Assembly: GCA_029717555.1 (NCBI GenBank)
Contig: JAMDHS010000008.1
Coordinates: forward strand, 310,001-374,000
Direction: 5' to 3'
DNA: 64,000 bases
Origin: Peribolospora baueri
Lineage: Eukaryota
Below are positions 49,750 to 63,377 of the stretch, piece by piece. The notes under the pieces are model-generated. The model saw nothing but the letters and a program-made list of their open reading frames with translations. It had not been told where the DNA came from and searched no databases. Position 1 is the stretch's first letter. The number at the start of each line of letters is the position of its first letter. Position numbers and translations under genes: made by a program.

Positions 49750-50760
49750 AGCCTTGGCTCGATACGTGTCCGCGTTCCAGGTAAAGAGGAGTTGATGTTT
49801 TGAATTCCGTCTCCAAATCCATCCCTTCTGGCTGTCTTCATTGTTGCATCCTTCATCGGACACATATGTCTTTCCCTTTTCCCCGCTTTCCGTCCTGTCT
49901 TTTCTTCGAGGTTGTTGAGGAAGTCCGGAGCATCAGGGATATGTGTATGTGGCCGAACTCGCTTTTCAACATGCGACTGCAGTGGCTTCCTCACATGCTT
50001 TGATGACATTGTCACATACGAAAGCTGGGACAGCACGGCTGCGTCATAGTAGTGGCAGCACTCTCCTCAATGCAGACTTGAGATACCGTGACCACAAGCC
50101 AGCAACGAGTCATGAAAGTCCCGTGGGCGAGCAGATCAGGCTGCTCTTGTTGCACACTGGCAACGCCATGGTGAAGGTTTGAATATAGTGGAGGCTGAGG
50201 AGGCGGAGTCAGTCTGATGACGGCAGCTTTGTGGATCACAGTGCTCGAAGCGGTGATCACTGTCATAAGCACACCAGCCACGATGACCCTCTCCGCTATC
50301 AGCAACTGTACCTGCACAGTACCTTCTTCAGGGGCAAACTCGAGCGATGGGGGCCCAATCGTTCAGCTGGATTACACAGTGAAATCTGTAGTCACGTATT
50401 CATGCTACTCAATGCCCAGTGCTGCCCAAACGCCGATAGAGAGGACGGCTCTGTACACTCCGCTTGAGTCGCACGTGAGGTTGTCGCGTGGACTGGTAAC
50501 AGAGGCAGAGGGAGCGCGAAAACGAGGTAAGGGAAGGAGTGAAGCTAGCACCGCGCGAGCGAAAGCATTTCTGAAGGTCATAGTTGCTTAGACGCTGTAT
50601 AGGATTCCTTCACTGTGCTCAGCTGAAGGCGCCAGTAGATAAAACGACGTGGATCGAAGAAAGTACGACTAAATGTACTCAAGTTCAAAAAGACTAAGCG
50701 AGCTCCGAGAACGAGTAGGGCTTGAGTATACAAGGCCTTTGTCGGTGCCTCTCCGAAAAA

Positions 50761-52730
50761 TCAAGACAAGAAGCCCTTCAACGCTCCTCCCACGTTGGCA
50801 GTGTCGATCCTGGAAAAGGACAGACGGAGGGAAAGACGACGTGATTAGCTTTGGACGCTCCGCCAGGATCCGGCGATACAGGGCCATGTCGACTCACAAG
50901 AAAGTGTCGTGACCATAAGGCGAATCGACCTCGTAGTATGAGACTCTGTTGTTCCCGTTCATCCTCAGACACTCGGCCAACTCGCGCTGCTGCTCGACAG
51001 GGAAGAGGATGTCGCTCTGGGCGCCGATGACGAGCGTGGGTATGTTGGAGAGGTTGCGCAGGCCTCGTGCCAGGGACGGGATGTAGGTCGACGCGGCGGG
51101 GTGCGTGAGTGTGGAGATGTGGGGGCGGGAGAGAGGCGGCGGTGAAGTCGCTTGGGAGGGATAGGCCGAGAGGGCGACGGCAGGTGGAGATGGCTCAAGT
51201 CGTGGAGAGTGCAGACCTGCCTGACCGGCCTCTTCGAAAGCCGCGCGCCCGTCCCATCTCCGCTGGAGGTCTTGAAGGGAGTCGTCAGACATGTCGAAAA
51301 GGTCCATAGCCTTGGAGATGTAGATGAGAGAGTTGGCATCGTATTTGAGACAGAACGTCTCGCCTTGGTGGTCGAGGTACGTCTCGATAAGGAAGTCTGG
51401 ACAGAGTGCCGGGTCCTCCTCCATATTCGCCTCCGCCCCCGTCTGTGATCCCAAAGCGATCGGCTCCTTCCCAGCGCGACCCCGACGCCGTCGCCCGAAA
51501 CGCTGTTCCCATTCCGGACCGGATCGGTAAGTTATGGTAGCGATCTGACGGGCGAGCTTCATGCCGGTGTGAGGCGGGAGAGAGCCAGGAGCGTAATAAT
51601 TGCCTCGGTTCCAGTTGGGGTCTGCCATCAGGACTGCACCGAGACAAGAGGAGAGGTTGACAGACCGATCAGCACATCAAGCCCGTGCCCTGCCCCGCCT
51701 CGATGAGACGCGACTCACCGCTCCTCTGAGCAAATCTCAGCGCGATGCTCGCTGGGCTGCTCCTGGCAGAGCCGGAAATGCTGACCACCCTCGACACCCT
51801 ATCCGGTTCCAAATGGGCGGCAGCAACGCTCTGCATGCCGCCCATGGAGCTACCGACGCTGGCATAAAGCTTGTCGATGCCGAGGTGGTCGAGAAGAAGG
51901 AACTGCGCTCGAACCATGTCGAAGACGCTGATGATTGGGAACCTCGTTGCGTACGGCTGACCGTCAGAGGGATCGATGGACGAAGGGCCCGTGGAGCCGT
52001 AGCAGCCGCCAAGGACGTTTGTGCAGATGACGAACCACCGGTTCGTATCGATAGCCTTGCCAGGGCCGATGAACTTCTCCCACCATCCTTGCGCCGGATT
52101 CGCCTCGCTGCTCCGGGCGTGGCTCGAGGCGGAGAGGCCAGTATGCAAGAGGATGGCGTTGGAACGGCCAGCGTTGAGCTGTCCCCACGTCTCGTACGCG
52201 ATGTCGAAACAGGGAAGCGTGCCACCGTAGTCGAGGGGAAAGGGGTGCGGGTGATGGAATGTCTCATAGCCGGAGACGACCTTGGAGTACGCTGGCTCTG
52301 GGCCTGTCTCGTCGTCCGGAGCTGCCACCGTCGTGTTCGTCTCGGACGAAGGAGCGGTCCTGTGCAAAGGGCCAGGTTCCGACGACGGGCCGGCCAGCAC
52401 CCCTCGTTCCCTCCGCAATCTCTCCGCCCTGCGTTCGTTGGCGTCCAGACAAGGGAAGGACAAACTCGGGTTTGAACCGCCTGGTCTTCGCTCCCCCGCT
52501 CCGGCCTCGGTAGCAAGCCGCTGCTTCGGCCTTGCTCGCGGCGACTGAGAACATGACGGCGGCGGCGGAATGGGGTGGTGGTGGTGAGGGTGCTCCACTC
52601 GTGCGTCCGCGATGGTCGACGAGGAGGGTTTGCCTTGGCTCGCAGAAGTGAAGATGCGTCGAGACGACGGGGGATGTCGCAAGGCAGAGCGAGTGACGCC
52701 CCAGAAGAGGCGAGGCGGCGGCGCGGCCAT
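50761..52730 (-). CDS. cys2: Mitochondrial serine O-succinyl/acetyltransferase (MetX/Met2 family, Cys2/CysA type), 3 exons
   Basis: Presequence, [47 protein letters not shown] nucleophile, YGHDTFL. Confidence 0.88.
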
Positions 52731-53218
52731 GGTCTGCGGAGTGGCAAAGAAAGGTGGGTTGGAGGAGAAGGGAAGAGAGTGCTAAAGCGATAAATGTCGT
52801 CAGTTCCGGAAACAAGTGAAAAGACATATATTTCTCTCCGTTCCCCCTCTTCCTCCCACCACCACTTCATCCATCCTCGACCTTCGTCCCGGCCGAACGA
52901 CGATAACGCAAGATGGAAATCCGTCGTGACGCCGGATGGCGTGCTCGTCGGCCAATCGGAGAACGACGGCGCTCAGCGGATGACCAAGCATGACATAATC
53001 ATAACTGCGTTGGTGCACGTGATATTTTTCACGTGGCACTGGTTCCTCGCGTACTGCGGCGATCTGCATGATAAAAGACCCCAAGGAGCATCGGGGGCCA
53101 TTCACGCGCAAGCGCGGAGCCTGGCAAGTTTTATTAAAGAGCGCCGCTGACAGGGATGGAGGTGCACGGATCTACCCACTCGACGAACCGCCACCACAGA
53201 GACAGAGAGGCTCCATAC

Positions 53219-54836
53219 ATGACCACTCAAGCGCAACACGCCCGCGTGCTCGACGTGAACGGCCACGTCGACCAGTCCGCGCCCTCGCCAGCCGAGACGA
53301 TGAAAAAGAAGGTAGTCTCTGAGACGCAGACTGACAACGGTGCCCCAGACTTTTATGGCCCACGCCCAAAGACCACCTGGCATCTCAAGCCAAAGTACGG
53401 CCTCCTCGAGTGGCTCATGTCCATTGACATCGGCTCCCCCGAGACGTACATGAAGAGGCCAGATTTGGCGGTCGGTGAGCCGCCTCAGCACCCTGCGTGG
53501 CGTGAGACGGTCTTCATCACCAGCTGGGCCCTTGCGCCCCTCGCATTTCACGAACTGGTATCCAGGTTCCTTCTGAGTACGTATTTACGTTCTTATTTTG
53601 AGGAGGGTGGTGCGACTTAGCATCTCTCCGCTGACGCTTTGTGCTTATTTTTATCCAATAATGCTTGCAGAAGACAAGCCCCTTCCGCTCTCTGTCGCCG
53701 TCGTGATGTACACACTATTCTTCATCGGGTTCATGCTCAATGTGGTGCGTTACTCGTCGCTGAAATGGCAGTATTTTCCACCAAATGTGCGACTGACTGG
53801 ACCTCCGCGCCATTGCCCATCGCCTCTCGTCCAGGTTCGCCGTCTTCATCACTATCAAGCCAAGTATGGCGTGTTCGACCAGGCCAAGCGAGGCCGAGAT
53901 ATGGTGTCGGATCGCGACTACAAGCGGCTCGCGCTCGGTGTTCTCTTCGCCCTCTTCGTCCGCGCATTTGGACCCTTTCTCCTTCGATGGGATGTTCAGG
54001 CTCAGAAGAGCCCGCTCAGCCAGTTGCGCCCTGTTACCCCCGTCCTCATGGGCGTGTGGCTCATTGCGCTCGATTAGTGAGTTTTGTCCACTTCCTCATA
54101 TGGAGATGTCAGACGCTGATCGCTCCCCTCTATCACCTTCAGCTTTTTTTACTGCTACCACCGCACTTGCCACCAAATTGACGCTCTCTGGTGGGTCCAC
54201 CGTCACCATCACACCACCAAACACCCCACGCCGATGCAAAGCATTCTGTCGGAGGATGTGCAGGAGGCGCTCGAGGTGATCATCATCCCTTGCCTGGCCA
54301 CGTTCACCGTGCCCTACGTCAACTTCGCGGAGTTGTGGATGACCGGATATTTCCTGTGAGTCGACGTCGCTTGGCCCGTCCGTCAATAACCCAGACTGAT
54401 ATAGACGGTCTCACTCCTTCGCGGTACGGCTATGCAGGATCTACGTCGAAGTGTTCGGCCACTCCGGCATCCGCGCCGAATTCGTCCACCCGTTCCTCGG
54501 CGATATTCTGAAGCCCTTGGGCATGGAGCTTATCGTGGAGGGTGAGTCAAATGGATTCGGTTCTCGTTGTGGCCGCTCGTGCTTCTTTCTGATGAAAAGC
54601 TTTGTTTCTCGCTCACGCCTTTGCTGCCCGCAGACCACGACCTTCACCACAGGTACGGCCGCAGCGGCCAAAACTACGGCAAGCAGACGAGGATCTTCGA
54701 CAAGTGAGTCCGGCTGTTCCCTCCCTCTCTCCGTCCCTCCTCGTCACTGACCTCTTGTCGCTCCACGTCCTCTGCCCCTCGGCCATTAAGGATATTCGGA
54801 ACGATCTCTCCTCGCGTCGAATGCCGACCGACCTAG
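53219..54836 (+). CDS. Fatty acid hydroxylase / sterol desaturase superfamily protein, multi-exon
   Basis: His boxes YCYHRTCH, VHRHHHTTKHP, FGHSG, DHDLHHRYG, then NYGKQTRIFDK/IFGT. Confidence 0.88.
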
Positions 54837-55968
54837 GCTGGTCGGCTCAGGTAGGGTAGAATCGGTTCGCTCACTGAGACGGACGCATGGACGGGCTGTT
54901 GTTGATCAATATGTAGCATGATAGACACGAGGTCTTGGGGAAATCTCTTTGTACGACCAGATCGGATCGGATCGCAATGTCCCCGGAAGAGGTTGTCCAT
55001 ACCGTACGTGGGCATGTTCGTAGCATCGTACTCCAATGGAGTTTTTATTTCATCGCTTTCGTTCCTTGAGGGACCGTCCTTGGAGATGGCACTAGCAGTG
55101 AGCAGACCGTTCTCAGGCGGGCATGTGATTTGTCGATCCGTGTCTGAAGATCTGCCAGGCTGGGTCGATGCAGGAGAAGGCCGGCCCGGAGCAGGGCGTC
55201 CATCGTCCTTCGCTCTCTCTCCATCCCATCGTCTCGAGCGAAAAAGCAACGCGACGCACATGATAGACGGGGGCGATAGTGGCGCGTATGCACGGGCGCG
55301 TGCGCCGTGTTGTGTGCCTGTCCCCAGCGTACCAGCCAAAAATGACGGCGCGTGAAAATGGCCACTGGACCACCGGAGAAGAAAAGCAAACGTGGTCGTC
55401 CACACATTGGTCCTCTAAGGTGCACGAATTGGAAATGACATGAAATGGACTTTGGGGGTAGAGCGCAGAACCTGAGCGAGGACCGTTCTATCGGCTCCGA
55501 GTAGAGTACAAGAGGCGTAGATAGGTCTTGTATCGAGTAGGGGACAGGATAATGGTAGTGCTCCGGCTTCGTACATATGTCGAGCGACCATTCTCGTCCA
55601 CATCTCGCTCATATGAGCAGCAAGCTCCGTAAAAAGTAGACGCTGCCCAAGCTGTCCTGTTATGAAGCTGGGTTGATCAAAGTCATCATAACCTTAGGGT
55701 CGATTGCCGTCGGCGTCACGGACAGCCCCTGCCCTGGCGCCAGTCGTTTGACACATTCAGCCATGACCACCATCCGCATCGTCGTCGTTATTTGATGGGC
55801 TTGTTCGCCCGCCTCTGTTCAACATAGTCGTACCGAGACCCTCTGGCATGACCTGGGCGCCCCCGCCGTCCTTTCGGGCCTTGCAATCTTTCCTCCTCGC
55901 CGTAAAAGATGTGCGGCCGACTCGATTGAGCTGAAGAGACGGGCATCTATCATTCGCGCTGCGCTCCA

Positions 55969-56861
55969 TTAGGATGCGAGCAAATGGACGACCTTCTCGG
56001 CGCCAACGACTCTCGCCGCCTCCAATGGGGTCCACCCTTGTTCGTCCCTGATGTCCTTCGAAGCTCCGCGCTCGAGAAGGAACCTCGCCCCTTCCGCATC
56101 GTCGTTCATGGCACACACGTGCAACGCCGTCTGACCCGCCGCTCCGACGGCATTAACGCCGAGATCGGCGTGGTTGGCGAGGAGTTCTTCAGCCTCGACG
56201 AGGTTGGACTGAGCCATCAGGCTTTGGAAGGTGCGTTGAAGACGGATGTGCGGGTGCGAGTCGAGATAGAGCTCTTCGTCCTGAGATGCGAAACAGGCGA
56301 TGAGGAGACGGAGAAGATGGGAAAAGATCAGCTCAGCTCGGGCGAGTCAGTCAAATAAAACGAAACCCGTCCGAGGCGTGAGATCTTCGATGGCAATGGT
56401 CGGGCTAGACTTAATGCCTGGAGAGGGGAAGGACCAACGAAGACGCTCACAATCTCCTCGCCCAAGTCAAACCCCTCCGTCCATCCACCCTCATTCCTCA
56501 CATCAACGACCAGTTTCCCTTCCTCGTCCAAGACGCTCTGATCGCACCCAGGACAACGCGACCTCTCCTCTCGGTCTGGGAGGGACTTGAAGTGCTCGAC
56601 GATGCAGGACCAGTGAAAGTGGTGGCCGTGCCGTGGCCTGGAAGATGACGTTGCAGAGCTGGGGCCCGCTCCTTCGGCGCCCCCACACCTGAGCTCAACA
56701 TCGTCTATGATGTATGCCGGCTCACCCTCGTCTTCCACGTCCTCTTCCACATCCTCGTCCTCTACACGCGAAGGAATGAGAAGAGACTCGTAGCAGAGCG
56801 CGCAGACGTTGTGTGTACGTGACGCCTCTGTGGAGCTGCCGGCGGCCGTTGCGAGGGACAT
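55969..56861 (-). CDS. RING-H2 finger plus ankyrin-repeat protein, 2 exons
   Basis: CALC...C...HHFHWSC...CPGC followed by GQTALHVCAMND and GWTPLEAAR ankyrin repeats. Confidence 0.82.
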
Positions 56862-57333
56862 TTTTTGCGAGCGCAGGTTATTGAGGTCGCCGGAAACGTC
56901 GATGGCTAAGAAGAAGCGGACGTATGTAAGCAACCGCTGCTTAACCCTAATCCGTCGTCCGCCAGTCTCGGCCGAGAAAGACAGCAAGCTGTCGGTCGCG
57001 GTCAAGAAGACGATCAGCATCAGGGTCACGATCAGCATCGACCATCTTCCACCGCCTCGACATCTTCCGTCTTTGGGCGCCACCATCGTCCCTCTTCCGT
57101 ATCCCCTACAGCCATAGCCCGCTTTATCGGCGAACGAAACGCGCTCGGCTACGAAGGCGTCGGGGATAATCCAAGTCACGACCGGACGTCGCCGCTTCCG
57201 GCTGCCAAGGCGGTCTATCTCGTCTTACTATACAGCGACGAACGAACTTCTCGCCTTCCATCCGGTCGACCTGCCAACCATTCTTCTAATTCTCCTCTGG
57301 ATTCAGCTTCCATCGTCCAGCTTGCGATCAACC

Positions 57334-58455
57334 ATGGGTGTCTCCTTCTCCTCCCTCTTCAACTCCCTCGCCTTCTGGTCCAAGAACACGGAGGTGCGCA
57401 TCCTCATGCTCGGTCTCGACTCGTCGGGCAAGACTACTATATTGTATCGATTGCAGGTGAGCACCGAGCTACAGGATCTTGGGTGGGGGAAGCGACGGCG
57501 TGCTTGCGATGTGCGGCAGAGCTGGTGTGGCGGGATGGTGCCGTCGAAGTGGTGAGGTATGCGGTCGAGGAAAGAAAAGAGAAATGAGCTGGAAGGAAGG
57601 AGGTCGAGCCGAGACGTCACGCGCGTATCGACACACTAGATGGGTGCCAGTAGACCGGCCAGACCTCGGCGGTCGTCGGATACCTGCCAGCTCGTCATTC
57701 TATAATCCATTCAACGCTTTCTTGACCTTCTTCCTTCACCTATCAGATCGGAGAGGTGGTCTCGACGATACCGAGTGGGTTGATCGCGGCTGTCTTGTCG
57801 CCTTGTTTGACGCGAGTCTCTACTGTGGACTGAGCTAATGGATCCTGCTTCGCGCGCACCCCAGCCATCGGCTTCAACGTAGAAACCGTACAATACAAGA
57901 ACATTCAGTTCCAGGTGTGGGACCTCGGCGGACAGACTAGCATTCGGTCAGTCCTCTTCGCCCGTCGGCCTCCCTGTGCGCGCGCTCGGCTTCTGACGTT
58001 TACTCTTCTGGTTCCCTGCCGGCAGACCATATTGGCGATGTTACTACAATAACACGGCAGCGGTCATCTACGTCGTCGACTCTGCTGACCGAGCTCGAAT
58101 TCCGACCTCCCGATCCGAGCTCCTTGCCATGCTCTCCGAGGATGAGCTGGCGGATGCCAAGCTGCTCGTGTTTGCTAACAAGCAGGACCAGCCGGGCGCG
58201 ATGAGTGCGGCAGAGGTGAGCGAGGCGCTGGGCTTGGACACACTCAAAGGGCGACAGTGGAGCATATTCAAGAGCGTCGCGACCAAGGGAGAAGGCCTCG
58301 AAGAGGGCTTGGATTGGTGAGCAGTTGGCGTGCTTTCGTTCACGCATCTGTCCTCTCTCCGCCAAAGCATCGCCCGCCGTACGTTTCTGACATGCCTGCC
58401 TCTGTTCGCCTCTGTGTTTTGGATCAGGCTGGTGAACGCGCTGCAGAACAAGTGA
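57334..58455 (+). CDS. ARL1: ADP-ribosylation factor-like GTPase 1, multi-exon
   Basis: MG start, [67 protein letters not shown]. Confidence 0.96.
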
Positions 58456-58846
58456 CGCGTGGACTTGTCGATCATTTGGATTTTTCTGGCGCTCTCTGGA
58501 CGGAACACTACACTTTCTTCTCCTTCCCTCCTCCCTTTCTTTCCGTATACCCAAGTGCGCACGTCTACTGGTACCCCGCACGTCCATGCGCCACTCCTCT
58601 CTTGCTGTGTCCATCTCTTATCCGTATACGTCCCTAGGCTACTTGTCTTCCCTCAATATGTACGATCAATTCCCTACGATTTCTCCTCTGGCCCTCGAGG
58701 TCAGTGCTCAAGAGACTCTCCCAACCGCAAAGTCGTTCACCTGCCTGTGGCTCGTCATCCATTAAACGTGGCCGAACTATTTTACGAGAGTATGTCTGGC
58801 GAGAGAGGGCCATCCGACTCCAAACGCCCAACGAGTGAGGTGGGAA

Positions 58847-59227
58847 TCAGGAATGACCCCGTTGCTGTTGCTGCTGCTGCTCCGCCTGTGCAAGCGTTCG
58901 TCTTTGCCGCTCTTCCAACACGCGGCGCTTGTTGAAGTAGTCCACCTACACGTTCGAATCCGTCCAAGGAATGAGGCACGCAAGAAAGTGGAAGGGTTCG
59001 GTGATATATTCCATTCTTTTTTTTATTTCCCCCCTCCCACTCACCCAGCTCTTAGCACAGTTCCGCTCGTACATCCCCCTCTCGTCCTTGCACACGCCTT
59101 CCTTCTCCGCCTGCTCCGCCGCGAGGATGCCACGCTTGTCCAGACAAGAAAAGAACGCATCCCGCGCATCCCAGCAGGCTTGGCGGGAGGTGCGGGTGGG
59201 GGCGCCTGTCGTGTCTGTTGCAGACAT
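58847..59227 (-). CDS. COA6: Cytochrome c oxidase assembly factor 6, 2 exons
   Basis: APTRTSRQACWDARDAFFSCLD...C....YERNCAKSW/VDYFNKRR. Confidence 0.92.
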
Positions 59228-59513
59228 GTTCGCAGTGAGATGGAGGCCGGTCGGTGGTGGTGAGTTGGGAAGGATAGAAGACGTTCGAGGTCGGAGAATG
59301 GCGGAGGTGAATCCAAATCTGATCGGCCGAGAGTTGCCGCAGCCACGCCCGTTTCAAAATTCGCTCGTGGGTTAATCCGAGATTTCGTCTGCCGAAACAA
59401 GTCATACGAATCGTCCCCATCCTTCGTCCCTCCCATCTTCTATCGCCTTTCTTCGTTGCGCAAAGCTCTCCCACCTCATCCCACCTCGGTCGACCCGGCT
59501 CCACCAAGCAAGC

Positions 59514-62287
59514 ATGGCGCTGCGGACCCTCCCACCAGGCCGTCTTCCGGCCCGACGCTCCCGCCTTCTTTCTTTCGCGCACACTCGTTCGACCGCCCTG
59601 CCTTCCTTTGCCCTCTCCCCCACACGACGATCCTTCGCCACGGAGGCCGCCTCGTCCTCATCGACATGGGCGTCGGACCGGCCTCAAACGTTCGTCGAAA
59701 AGGTGGTGCAACGCTACGCCGTCGGCGTCCCCAAGGGCAAGAAGGTCCTCGCTGGGGACTACGCCATGATCCGGCCACAGCATATGCTCACTCACGTGAG
59801 ACGCCTTTCCGGCCCTGTTATGTCTTCCTTCTTTCTTCGCCCTGTACCTGCGCTGACCGCTTTGATCGCTCGGGCCCCTGCGCTTGTGAACGTGTAGGAC
59901 AACACCGGCCCAGTCATTTCCAAGTGAGAAGCAGGCTTGGTCGTCGAAAAATAGCGACCATACGTGCCCATCCGAGCTCAACGGAACCCATCCCGCCCTT
60001 GTCCTCCCCGGTTTCGCCCCACAGATTCCGCTCCATCGGCGCAACCAGAGTTCACGACCCGCGCCAACCAGTGTTCGCGATCGACCACGACGTGCAGAAC
60101 AAGTCGGAGAAGAATCTCACAAAGTACGCCAACATTGCCCGATTCGCCAAGGAGCACGGCATCGACCACTACCCGCCTGGGCTGGGCATCGGCCATCAGG
60201 TGAGATGACGGGCGACGGCGGGAGTGACACTCTGGACGTGTGGGCCGACCGGACTGGGTTTGGCTGACTTTGCCCGAACGGTTCGGTGGGCTGGCCACAG
60301 ACTATGATCGAGCAGGGCTACGCTTTCCCTCAAACTCTGACCGTCGCCAGCGATAGTCATTCTAACATGTGTAAGCGCGTGCCCTCCTGTCCCCCCAAAG
60401 ATCATGCGGGCCATTGACGTCCGATTTGGGTTTTTTTGTTCAGACGGCGGCGTTGGATGTGTCGGCACGCCGCTCGTCCGAACGGACGGCGCAGCGGTGT
60501 GGGCGACGGGGCAGACGTGGTGGCAGATCCCTCCGGTGGTCAAGGTGGAGCTATCGGGCAAGCTGGCTCCGGGCGTGACGGGCAAGGACGTGATCGTGGC
60601 TCTCTGTGGCTCGTTCAACAAGGACGAGGTGCTGAACTGCGCGATCGAGTTCACCGGCTCAGGCATCTCGTCGTTGAGCGTCGACGAGCGTCTGGCGATC
60701 GCCAACATGACGACGGAGTGGGGCGCGCTGGCGGGCGTGTTTCCCGTCGATGACGTGCTCCTCTCGTGGTACGAGCAACTGATCCGCAAGACCGAGTTGC
60801 GAGAGGGGCCGAAGCACCCGCGAATCAACGCGAAACGGCTGGACGCCGTGGCGGCGAGCCCGGTGCGAGCGGACGATGGCGCGTTCTACTCCAAGCACCT
60901 CGTCCTGGACCTCTCGACGCTGGTGCCACACGTCAGCGGTCCGAACACGGTCAAGATCTCCACGGCACTACCCGAGCTGGCGATGCGGAAGATTAGCATC
61001 AACAAGGCGTACCTCGTGTCGTGCGTCAACTCTCGGGCGTCGGACCTTAAGGCGGCGGCGGAGGTGATTCGGGGGAAGAAGGTGGCGGAGGGAGTGGAAT
61101 TCTACGTGGCGCCGGCGAGCATGAACGTCCAGCGCGAGGCCGAGGCGTCAGGCGACTGGGCGGCGTTGCTGGAAGCTGGGGCGAAGGCTCTACCGGCCGG
61201 CTGTGGGCCGTGCATCGGACTGGGCGCGGGCCTTTTGGAGGATGGCGAGGTGGGGATTAGTGCGACGAACCGGAACTACAAGGGTCGGATGGGGAGCTCC
61301 AAGGCGGAGGCGTACCTCGCCTCGCCCGCCGTCGTGGCCGCTTCGGCCGTCGAGGGCCGCATCTGCGGTCCGGCCGAGCTGGACGCGGCGTCGTCGTCGT
61401 CGTCGTCCGACGGGCCGGTCTTCTCCATCACTTACAACCGTCCCCCCAAAGTCGACGAGAACGGCGGCGCGGCGGCGGCAGCGGCGGCGGTGGCTGGCGG
61501 CGGGGAGGAACTGTTGCGAGGCTTCCCGACCGCCTTCTCGGGTCCGCTCATCTTTGCGCCGCAGGACAACTTGAATACCGATGGTATCTATCCCGGTGAG
61601 TCGCCCCGTCGTCCACGAGTTTCTCTGTTGTTTTCTTTTTTTTTCTTCTTTTCTTCCCACTCGCTCACACGATCCGTCCTCGCATCGCATCGTATCCTCG
61701 GTCTGGCAGGCAAGTACACGTATCAGGACGACATCACGGCGGAGAAGCAAGCGGAGGTGGTGATGGAGAATTACGACGCCAAGTTTGCCGGGACGGTGAA
61801 GTCGATGGTCGGCTCGCTTCGCGGCGCCGACGCCGACGCAAGTGGGACGCGATCCGGCGTGGTGCTGGTAGGAGGGTACAACTTTGGAACGGGCTCGTCG
61901 CGGGAGCAGGCGGCGACGGCGTTGAAGCATGCTGGCGTGCCGGTCGTGCTGGCCGGCAGCTTTGGAGACATTTTCAAGCGTAACGCGATCAACAATGGGT
62001 TGATCTGCGTCGAGTGCCCGGAGTTGGTGGAAGACCTGACGCGGGAGTTTGCGAGGGATGGGGAGAGGGGGAAGGGGGGTAAGCGGGAGGGGGAGATGAG
62101 TGTGGTGACGGGGTGGGAGGTGCGCTTCGGCAGCGCGGACGGCGCGGTGGAGGTGAAGAAGAAGGAGGGCGAGAAGGCGACGACGAGGTATGGGAGCCGT
62201 CCGATTGGGGCGAGCGTGCAAGAGCTCTGGTTGGCCGGCGGGCTGGAGGGATGGGTGAAGGAGAGGATAGGCGAGGAGCGCTCGTAG
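59514..62287 (+). CDS. LYS4: Mitochondrial homoaconitase, multi-exon
   Basis: [88 protein letters not shown]. Confidence 0.96.
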
Positions 62288-63377
62288 TAGGCGTTCTTTT
62301 CGTTTCTCTCTCTTTTTCTCTTTTCGATCTTCCTTTCCCTCCCTCGCCTTGTTCCTTTCGCTCTCGCTTTGCTTTCGCTTTTGTTCTCGCGCGTCATCGT
62401 TGCGTGGATGGGCGATGGAATAGATAGATAGACGGCTAGACGAGAGAAACAATGAATCGGCCTGTCTGTCTGCGTTGCTCGAGTGTGTGAGCCAAGTCGA
62501 CCGGGTCGGTCGGTCGGTGGATGGAGGGGCGACGGGGGTGATGGGGGGACATTCGCGGACTGGGGTGAGTATTTCGACGACGCGGTCGATGATCGATCGA
62601 CGGGCGGACGGGCGCGGCGTTGACGGGACGTGACCAGCTGGAGGGAGTGCAGAGGCCGAGGCCGGCGGTGGACGCATGTGGGATGGAAAACGCGGGCCGG
62701 CGATGGTGGAGGAGCAGGAACTAGCGCGGGCGGCGCTGCACAGGCCGCGGACGCGACTGCGGGCGGCGTAGGTCCAATGGCCTCGCTGGTGGGCGTGCGT
62801 CATCGTGGCGATCGCCGCGTATGAGCGCATGTGCGTATCAGCACTCGCTTGTCAGCCAGGTCCAGGCCGGCGCAAGGCGCTCGACATTGCTGGGCGGTCG
62901 CCGCTCGCTGCGGACGGTCGGACGTCATCGTCGTCCTCGCCGCCGGTCACGTGGCGGCGCCGGCGTGCGGATGACAAAGACAAGATGAGACAAGACGAGA
63001 TGAGCGTGTGAGAGTAGAAAGGCGAGCCGAACACCGAACAACCGCTGGTTGAACATGTGCCATGCTAGCGTGCCTGTCAGCTGCTTCTGCCGTGCGGGGC
63101 AAGCGGAGGGCGGAGGCGCATTGGACGGACGGGTGGATGGAGGTGGAAGGATGCATAGATGGGGACGATGATGAAGACGATGATGAGGAAAAGGAGGAGG
63201 AAAAGGGATGGATTGGATGGACATATATATCATTCGCCATCCACCCCTCAAAACTCTCCTCCGCCGTCCCCTCCCTCCCCAGACGAGACGAGACGAGGCG
63301 CGACGCGACGGCGCTCGTCTTGCTTAGCTTGCTTAATTGCTTGCTTGCTTAATCGCTTGCTTGCTTGCGTCATAGTC

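Noticed and set aside
51600..52870. Long overlapping ORFs (291 aa +, 377 aa -)
   Set aside because: Alternative-frame or antisense shadows of cys2.
54833..55960. 190-aa and 145-aa ORFs between the hydroxylase and RING-ankyrin genes
   Set aside because: No motif or coding signature that I can support.
10481..62287. Lysine-themed cluster (two tRNA-Lys, LYS4, pipecolate-oxidase-like gene)
   Set aside because: The genes are spread over 50 kb among unrelated housekeeping genes and the oxidase substrate is unknown. Probably coincidence.
61190..62830. 546-aa minus-strand ORF
   Set aside because: Antisense shadow of GC-rich LYS4 plus low-complexity UTR, with no recognisable domain.
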